From Myxococcota bacterium (GTDB lineage: Bacteria > Myxococcota_A > UBA9160 > UBA4427): 21,680 bases of DNA. This document shows positions 15,916 through 21,680 of this stretch, piece by piece. Made by a program: the position numbers and the translations under genes. Within the stretch, counting starts at the first letter, position 1. Each line of letters opens with the position of its first letter. Where the stretch lies: contig JAYZFK010000028.1 in the NCBI GenBank assembly GCA_036336835.1, positions 1 to 21,680 of the forward strand. Direction: 5' to 3'. The notes under the pieces are model-generated. The model had not been told where the DNA came from and did not search any database. It saw only the letters and a program-made list of their open reading frames with translations.

Positions 15916-17286
15916 GTGCGAATCGCCGCTTTCCTAGCATACGCGTCGCGCTGGCGCCGGGCCTGTGCGCTCGCGCTCGCCCTGTTCACGAGCGCCTGTC
16001 AGCCAGCCCCGGAGTCGCGCCCAAACGTCCTGATCTACATCGTCGACACCCTGCGCAGCGACAGCCTCGGCAGCTATGGCAACGGCCGAGTCTCGACGCC
16101 CCAGATCGACGCGGTGGCCCGCGAGGGGGCCGTCTTCGAGCAGGCCAGCAGCCCTTCGTCGTGGACGCGCGCCTCGGTCGCCACCCTGCTGACCGGCGTC
16201 GACCCGCCGGCGCATGGGACCGTCGACCGGCTCGATGCGCTGCCGCACGACCTGCAGACGCTCGGCGAGCGTCTCCGCACGCACGGATACGCATCGGGTT
16301 TCGTCACCAGCAACCCGAACGTGGGATCGTTCTTCGGCTTCGGCCGGGGCTTCGATGACATCGTCGAGCTGTACGGGCGTCGCGAGCCGGGGGTCGTGAG
16401 CGTCGAGGAGCTCGTCGCCCGCTCGGCCGAGGTCAGTTCGAGCGCACTCGCCTGGCTCGATCGCGCCGCACGACCGTTCTTCCTGGTCGTGCTCTGCGTA
16501 GACCCCCACTCTCCGTACACGCCACCGGAAGAATTCGATCGTTTCGCCGGCGTCGCTACGGCACCGGACATCGACGGCAGCCAGGCATCGCTGCAGCGGC
16601 GCGATCTGACGGCTGCGCAGCGGGCGCGCATCCGCAGCCTGTATGACGGCGAGATCGCCTACACCGACGCGTCGTTCGGCGCCCTCGTCGAGGGTCTCCG
16701 CGAGCGCGGTGTGCTCGACGACACGCTGCTCGTCATCACGTCGGACCACGGGGAGGAGTTCTGGGAGCGCGGGATCCGAGGCCACGGCAGGTCGCTCGCA
16801 GAGGCCGCGATTCGCATCCCGCTCATCATCCGCTTCCCGCACTCCCCTCGTGTCGTCGCCGGCAGCCGCCGGATCGACCCGGCCGGCCTCGACGACCTCG
16901 TTCCCAGCGTGCTCGACCTGCTGGGACTGCCGCGCGACGAAACGCTGCCCGGGCGCGCGCTGTTCGGAGCGGCCGACCCTTCGCCCACGTTTGCCAGCCT
17001 GTCGCTCGAAGGCCGCGCGATTGCGGCAGCGCGCGAGCCGCGCTGGAAGCTGGTGTGGGATCTCACCGCCGACAGCCGCGCCCTGTACGACCTCGAGTCC
17101 GACCCTCTGGAGCAATCGCCCGTGGTAGTGGAGGCCTCGAGCCAGGCCATCGCTGCAGAGAACCGCTTGCGCCAGACGATCGCCCGCGGCCTGGCCGAGC
17201 GCCGCGCCCGGGGCGGCGCCGAGGTCGGCCCGCTGCCGGCCGACATCGAAGTCACGCTTCGCGCACTCGGCTACCTCGACGAGTGA
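15916..17286 (+). CDS. Sulfatase-like (alkaline phosphatase superfamily) predicted lipoprotein, Thr at the nucleophile position
   Basis: RPNVLIYIVDTLRSD, SSWTRASVATLLTG, DPHSPY, YDGEIAYTD, TSDHGEEF, LYDLESDPLE and C-terminal LRALGYL. The signal ends LFTSAC. GAGGA lies 8 nt before GTG 15916. ATG 15880 and 15895 are alternative starts. Confidence 0.88.
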   Translation: MRIAAFLAYASRWRRACALALALFTSACQPAPESRPNVLIYIVDTLRSDSLGSYGNGRVSTPQIDAVAREGAVFEQASSPSSWTRASVATLLTGVDPPAHGTVDRLDALPHDLQTLGERLRTHGYASGFVTSNPNVGSFFGFGRGFDDIVELYGRREPGVVSVEELVARSAEVSSSALAWLDRAARPFFLVVLCVDPHSPYTPPEEFDRFAGVATAPDIDGSQASLQRRDLTAAQRARIRSLYDGEIAYTDASFGALVEGLRERGVLDDTLLVITSDHGEEFWERGIRGHGRSLAEAAIRIPLIIRFPHSPRVVAGSRRIDPAGLDDLVPSVLDLLGLPRDETLPGRALFGAADPSPTFASLSLEGRAIAAAREPRWKLVWDLTADSRALYDLESDPLEQSPVVVEASSQAIAAENRLRQTIARGLAERRARGGAEVGPLPADIEVTLRALGYLDE

Positions 17287-17295
17287 GGCCGACTG

Positions 17296-18600
17296 CTACT
17301 CGATGTAGCCCAGCTCGCGGAGCCGCTCGGTCAGGGCGGGGTCGACCCCGACGCGCTCGATCTCGTCGACGCTCCGGTCCTCGGCCCCACTCCCGATCGC
17401 CAGCTCGAGCGCCCGGGACAGCTCTGCAACGCGATCCGGCTCCCGCGCCGCCAGGTTGCGCTGCTCGCGCGCGTCGCTGGACAGGTCGAACAGGCGCGGA
17501 GCGCCCACGCCGCGAATCAGCTTCCACGGGTACACCGCGAGGCTCTCGTGGCGTCCCATCTCGCTGACCGCGGGCCGGTGATCGCCGCGGCCCCCGGCCA
17601 GCAGCGGTACGAGGCTTTGCCCCGCGAAGCCAGCCGCGGCTCGCACACCCAGCGTTTCGAGCAGCGTCGGTGCGACGTCGAGCAGACGCACCTGTGACGA
17701 TACGCGGTGTGGCGCGAGGCCCGGCTCGTGCCAGATCAACGGCACGCGCACGAGCTCGTCGTAGACCGAGTGCGAGTGGATCCACGAGCCGTGGTCGCGG
17801 AACTCCTCTCCGTGATCCGAGTACAGCACCAGCGCGGTCGTCTCGGCGAGACCGAGCCGCTCGAGCATGCCGCGCAGCTCACCGACCCAGTCGTCCGCGT
17901 AGCGGATCCCGCCGTCGTAGAGGGCGACCAGCCGGGCCCGATCCGCCGCCGTGAGAGGCGACGCCGCGCCGCGATCGGCGCCGTCGAGCCCGCGCTGCTG
18001 CCGCAGCAGGCTGCGGCTGCTGCCGCCCGTGACGGGTCCTTCGTAGGCGTCGCCATACATCGTGTCGAAGGGCGGGGGCGGATCGTACGGCAGATGGGTG
18101 TCGTAGGTATGGAGGAACAGGAAGAACGGCTCCCCGGCGCGCTCGCGCAGCCAGGCCTCCGCCTTGGGAAGCGAGACCGCCAGACCTCCCCGGTCCTCTT
18201 CGTAGCGCTCGAAGCCCCGCCCGAAGCCGAACTCCGCCGACACGTAGCCGCCACCGGTGAAGGCGGCCGTGCGCAGGCCGGCGGCGGCCAGCGCCTCGGC
18301 CAGCACGGGTGCATCGGCGGCCGTGCGAGAGACAAGACGCGACTGGAAGAGCGCCCGGTGCGACCACAGGGTCGTGGCCGATTGCGCGATCGCCCGCTCG
18401 AACACGACGCTCTCGGCGGCGAGCGCGTCGATCGACGGGCTCGTCTCGAACGGGTAGCCGTAGCTGCCGAGGTGATCGGCGCGCAGCGTATCGAGGCACA
18501 GCAGCACGGCGCTCGTCGGCCCCGAGGCAGGCGGCGTGCAGCCGAGCCACAGCGCCGCCACCAGCGCAACGCCCGAGCGGGCGAGGAACCGGAGCGTCAG
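17296..18600 (-). CDS. Sulfatase-like (alkaline phosphatase superfamily) predicted lipoprotein, Thr at the nucleophile position
   Basis: LDTLRADHLGSYGY, SATTLWSH, DTHLPY, YDGGIRYAD, SDHGEEF and C-terminal LRELGYIE. The first canonical start is GTG 18561, but CTG 18600 gives a complete signal peptide ending LWLGC. Confidence 0.86.
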   Translation of the reverse strand: MTLRFLARSGVALVAALWLGCTPPASGPTSAVLLCLDTLRADHLGSYGYPFETSPSIDALAAESVVFERAIAQSATTLWSHRALFQSRLVSRTAADAPVLAEALAAAGLRTAAFTGGGYVSAEFGFGRGFERYEEDRGGLAVSLPKAEAWLRERAGEPFFLFLHTYDTHLPYDPPPPFDTMYGDAYEGPVTGGSSRSLLRQQRGLDGADRGAASPLTAADRARLVALYDGGIRYADDWVGELRGMLERLGLAETTALVLYSDHGEEFRDHGSWIHSHSVYDELVRVPLIWHEPGLAPHRVSSQVRLLDVAPTLLETLGVRAAAGFAGQSLVPLLAGGRGDHRPAVSEMGRHESLAVYPWKLIRGVGAPRLFDLSSDAREQRNLAAREPDRVAELSRALELAIGSGAEDRSVDEIERVGVDPALTERLRELGYIE

Positions 18601-19472
18601 TTCTGCTCGCCCATGTGCAGCAGCGGCAGCGGACTGCTCGACGCCCCGTCCATGAAGTAGATCTTTGCGGCCGGATCCTTGGACATGGCCTTCAACGCTT
18701 CGAGTGCCTGCAGCTGTACGTAGACCGGGTTGCTCGCGGTGGCCTTGTTGATCTCGCGGATCTCGAAGGCGCGGGCTTCGGCGAGGATCACCCGCTTCTT
18801 GGCTTCCTGCTCCGCCGCCTCCCGCTCGGCCTCGGCGAGCGCGACCTTCTGCATCTGCTCGGTGCGGAAGCGCTCGAGCTCGGCCTTCTGCCGCTCGACC
18901 GCCTGCTCGCGCTCCTTCTTCATCTCGATCGCCTTCGACAACACGGTGGGAAGGCTGATGTCGCGCACCAGCACGTCCTGGATCTCGAAGCCCTTCTGAT
19001 TCAGGCGCAGCTGCAGCTGACTGAGCAGCCCGCTCTCGAGTCCCGCGCGCGTATCCTCGTTGAAGAAGTCCTCGGCATTCTTAATCGTCGAGCCCTGCTC
19101 GCGCACCAGCGAGCGCAGCGTCGGAACCAAATGGACGTCGCGCATCTGCTCAGCGCGACCCGTGTTGCGCAAGATCTGGGGCGTCATCGAACCGACCAGC
19201 CGGTACTGTACGCTCACGTCGACCTTGGTCTGCAGCTGATCGCGCGTGGGAACGAGCGCTGACTCCTTGAGCGTCTTCTGGCGGACGTCGAACGTCTCCC
19301 ACGACAGCAGCGGATTCACGATGTGGAAGCCTTCCGGATAGTGCTCGCTCTGCACGTCGCCGAACAGGACCGCCACGCCGACGTGGCCCGGCGGAATGAT
19401 GCGGACGAAGCGCCCGCCGAAGATGATCAGGATCAAGAGGATCGCCAGGCCAGTGGCCAGTCGCGGATTCAT
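18597..19472 (-). CDS. SPFH/prohibitin/Band 7 family membrane protein
   Basis: 291 aa from ATG 19472, with GGAGG upstream. N-terminal TM helix, IPPGHVGV..FG.V, EGFHIVNP, DVSVQYRL, DVLVRDISLP and an AE-rich coiled coil. Confidence 0.9.
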   Translation of the reverse strand: MNPRLATGLAILLILIIFGGRFVRIIPPGHVGVAVLFGDVQSEHYPEGFHIVNPLLSWETFDVRQKTLKESALVPTRDQLQTKVDVSVQYRLVGSMTPQILRNTGRAEQMRDVHLVPTLRSLVREQGSTIKNAEDFFNEDTRAGLESGLLSQLQLRLNQKGFEIQDVLVRDISLPTVLSKAIEMKKEREQAVERQKAELERFRTEQMQKVALAEAEREAAEQEAKKRVILAEARAFEIREINKATASNPVYVQLQALEALKAMSKDPAAKIYFMDGASSSPLPLLHMGEQN

Positions 19473-19518
19473 CGGGGTCCCTCCGCTGCACCCTGGGGTG
19501 GGTACAGGCTGAGCGCGG

Positions 19519-19553
19519 GAGAGTGCGTGAGAAGCCCGGCCCTCGCCACTCTC
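19519..19553. other. Intergenic stem-loop between the CaiB/BaiF and SPFH genes
   Basis: GAGAGTG (19519-19525) pairs with CACTCTC (19547-19553), with further imperfect inner pairing. Confidence 0.3.
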
Positions 19554-19570
19554 GACCGAGCGCGCGACGG

Positions 19571-20713
19571 CTAGGCGATCGCCTTCGCCGCGCGCAGCGT
19601 CGCCAGCTCGTCGGGCGAGAAGCCCCAGTCGGCCAGCGCCTCGTCCGTGTGCTGCCCGGGGTGGGCGGCAGGCCCCGGCAGCTCGGGAGCCGTCCGGCTG
19701 AAGCGTGGTGCCGGCGCCGGCTGCACGAAGCCGCCGATCTCGACGAAGCTCTTGCGATGCAGGTTGTGCGGATGCCCGGGGGCCTCGCGGATCGAGAGCA
19801 CCGGTGCAAAGCACACGTCCGAGCCCTCCATGATCTCGCACCACTCGTCGCGCGTCTTGGTCTTGAAGATCGCTGCGAGGCGCTGCTTCATCGCGGGCCA
19901 CTCGTCCCGCTCCATCTGGCCCGGGAGGTCCTCACCGGCGAGCCCGGTCTTCTCGAGCAGCTCGGCGTAGAACTGCGACTCGATCGATCCGACCGAGACG
20001 TAGCGACCGTCCGAGGTCTCGTAGGTGTCGTAGAAGTGAGCACCGCTGTCGAGCATGTTCGCGCCGCGCTCGTCGCGCCACACACCCATCTCGATCATGC
20101 CGCGGAAGAACGCCATCAGAGTCGCCGCGCCGTCGACCATCGCGGCATCGACGACCTGCCCCTCCCCGGAACCGCGCGCCTCGAGCAGCCCGCATACCAC
20201 GCCGTAGGCGAGAAACATCCCGCCGCCTCCGAAATCGCCGACCAGGTTGAGCGGCGGCACCGGCTTGCCGCCCCGTGGACCGATCGGGTCGAGCGCGCCG
20301 GCCAGCGCGATGTAGTTGATGTCGTGGCCGGCCGAGTGGGCGATCGGACCCTCCTGTCCCCAGCCGGTCATGCGCCCGTACACCAGGCGCGGATTGCGCG
20401 CGAGGCAGACGTCCGGCCCCGCACCCAGCCGTTCCATCACGCCGGGTCGGAAGCCTTCGATCAGCGCATCCGCACCCTCGACGAGGCGCAGCAGGCTGCC
20501 GAGCCCATCCGGGTGCTTCAGATCGAGCGCGACGCTTCGTCGGCCGCGAGCCAGCGGATCGGGCGGCGGCTTCGCGGGATCGCCGCCGCCTGCGGATTGG
20601 GCGCGATCGATGCGCAGCACCTCGGCTCCCATGTCCGACAGCATCATCGCCGCAAACGGGCCGGGGCCGATGCCCGCAACCTCGAGAATCTTCACACCGT
20701 GTAGGGGTCCCAT
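19571..20713 (-). CDS. CaiB/BaiF family III CoA-transferase, alpha-methylacyl-CoA racemase-like
   Basis: [50 protein letters not shown] and NLVGDFGGG carry the His/Asp catalytic pair of AMACR/Mcr. C-terminal [10 protein letters not shown]. Confidence 0.92.
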   Translation of the reverse strand: MGPLHGVKILEVAGIGPGPFAAMMLSDMGAEVLRIDRAQSAGGGDPAKPPPDPLARGRRSVALDLKHPDGLGSLLRLVEGADALIEGFRPGVMERLGAGPDVCLARNPRLVYGRMTGWGQEGPIAHSAGHDINYIALAGALDPIGPRGGKPVPPLNLVGDFGGGGMFLAYGVVCGLLEARGSGEGQVVDAAMVDGAATLMAFFRGMIEMGVWRDERGANMLDSGAHFYDTYETSDGRYVSVGSIESQFYAELLEKTGLAGEDLPGQMERDEWPAMKQRLAAIFKTKTRDEWCEIMEGSDVCFAPVLSIREAPGHPHNLHRKSFVEIGGFVQPAPAPRFSRTAPELPGPAAHPGQHTDEALADWGFSPDELATLRAAKAIA

Positions 20714-20773
20714 CTACTCGTCTGTCCTCTGGCCGACTCACCCCGTTCGTTGCCCGGGATCCGAAGCTCGCGG

Positions 20774-20779
20774 ATCATA
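20774..20779 (-). promoter_or_regulatory. Putative -10 element TATGAT for the CaiB/BaiF gene
   Basis: The minus strand reads GGTATGAT about 60 nt upstream of ATG 20713. It overlaps the inverted repeat GATCCG-N7-CGGATC (20758-20776). Confidence 0.5.
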
Positions 20780-20817
20780 CCCCAGTCCCCAAACCCGGAA
20801 TCGGAGAGGAGAGCGCG

Positions 20818-21680
20818 CTGATCGCGATACTCGGAGCCGGTGCCGTCGGACTCGGTCTCGGGAGCTGCCTGCTCGCCGAGGGCTTCCCGGTGCGCTTCGC
20901 GGCGCGGACCGCGGCAGGTGCCGCCGCGTTGCGCGAGCACGGCGTGGAGCGAACCGGGCTGTTCGGTGAGACCCGGGCGGCACCGAGCGAGCTGCAAGCG
21001 GGTGTCGGCGCCGCGTCCCTGCGCAACTGCGAGCTCGACTGGATCCTGGTCTGCACCAAGACACCGGCCGCAGAGGCGGTGGCGGCCGCCCTGTGCGAAG
21101 TCTGGGACGAGATCGGCGGCGAGCGCCGGATCGTGGTGTGTCACAACGGCTGGGGCAGCGCCGATCGTTTCGCCGCGTGCTTGCCGCGGCAGCGCATCTA
21201 CAGCGCGCGGGTGATCACCGGCTTCCAGCGCCGCCTGCCACACGCGGTCGAAGTCACCGCACACGCAGAGCCGATCCGGATCGGCAGCCTGTACGGCGCC
21301 GACTTGTCGCCTCTCGAAGCGCTGTGCAGCGCGATCGCCCGCGGCGGTGTGCCGTGTGAAGTCTCGGACGACATCGAGAGCGAGCTGTGGTCGAAGATGC
21401 TCTACAACTGCGGGTTGAATCCGCTGGGCGCGCTGATCGGTGTCGCCTACGGTGAGCTGGGCCGCCACGCCGAGACGCGCTCGATCCTCGAGGCCGTGAT
21501 CACCGAGATCTTCGCGCTGCTCGCCGCCACGGGACGACAGACTCGCTGGCGCGACGCAGCGGAGTACCTGCGAGTGTTCTGGGACGAGCTGCTGCCGCCG
21601 ACCGCAGCGCACGAATCGTCGATGCTGCAGGACCTGCGCGCAGGCCGGCGGACCGAGGTCGACGCGCTGAACGGCGCCGT
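20818..21680 (+). CDS. panE: 2-dehydropantoate 2-reductase (ketopantoate reductase, PanE/ApbA), truncated at the 3' end by the window and absent from the ORF track
   Basis: My translation gives (L/M)IAILGAGAVG, DWILVCTK, VVCHNGWG, LWSKMLYNCGLNPLGAL and SSMLQDLRAGRRTEVDALNGA. The frame is open to the window end. Confidence 0.9.
   Translation, partial: MIAILGAGAVGLGLGSCLLAEGFPVRFAARTAAGAAALREHGVERTGLFGETRAAPSELQAGVGAASLRNCELDWILVCTKTPAAEAVAAALCEVWDEIGGERRIVVCHNGWGSADRFAACLPRQRIYSARVITGFQRRLPHAVEVTAHAEPIRIGSLYGADLSPLEALCSAIARGGVPCEVSDDIESELWSKMLYNCGLNPLGALIGVAYGELGRHAETRSILEAVITEIFALLAATGRQTRWRDAAEYLRVFWDELLPPTAAHESSMLQDLRAGRRTEVDALNGA

Noticed and set aside
19473..19901. N-terminal extension of the SPFH ORF, which could suggest a fusion or frameshift with CaiB/BaiF
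   Set aside because: It is an off-frame overlap with the intact CaiB/BaiF gene. ATG 19472 has a GGAGG RBS and is followed directly by the TM anchor.
20692..21612. 306-aa minus-strand ORF
   Set aside because: It is the antisense shadow of panE, which carries the family motifs on the plus strand.
1..21680. CRISPR arrays, tRNA/rRNA, IS elements, integrases, prophage genes and tandem repeat arrays
   Set aside because: None was seen by eye. Intergenic gaps are at most 235 nt and hold no repeated units. A formal Infernal, tRNAscan or repeat scan could not be run.

Overview
A high-GC, gene-dense bacterial chromosomal window with 18 credible CDSs, two of them cut by the window edges. I found no RNA genes, mobile elements or CRISPR arrays. 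The genes fall into four themes. (1) Acyl-CoA and lipid catabolism: an acyl-CoA synthetase, a heteromeric FadE-type acyl-CoA dehydrogenase pair, an AMACR-like CaiB/BaiF enzyme, a CoA-type Nudix and a ketopantoate reductase. (2) Central metabolism: an orphan sucA converging on a divergent Glu/Leu/Phe/Val dehydrogenase. (3) Nucleic-acid repair: a PA0069-like radical SAM protein with a beta-clamp-like tail, a COG3044 ABC-like ATPase, an MPG glycosylase and an atypical Fpg/Nei. (4) A candidate envelope-modification module: an ArnT/PMT-like GT-C, two Thr-nucleophile sulfatase-like lipoproteins and an SPFH protein. Other signals are two probable CTG start codons, recurrent TANNNT -10 elements (three placed for leaderless mRNAs), U-less hairpins at convergent junctions and a 12-bp palindrome before the Nudix-Fpg operon. 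All protein calls come from motif recognition by eye, not database searches. Nothing here proves a novel system. The GT-C/Thr-sulfatase/SPFH module is the best candidate.
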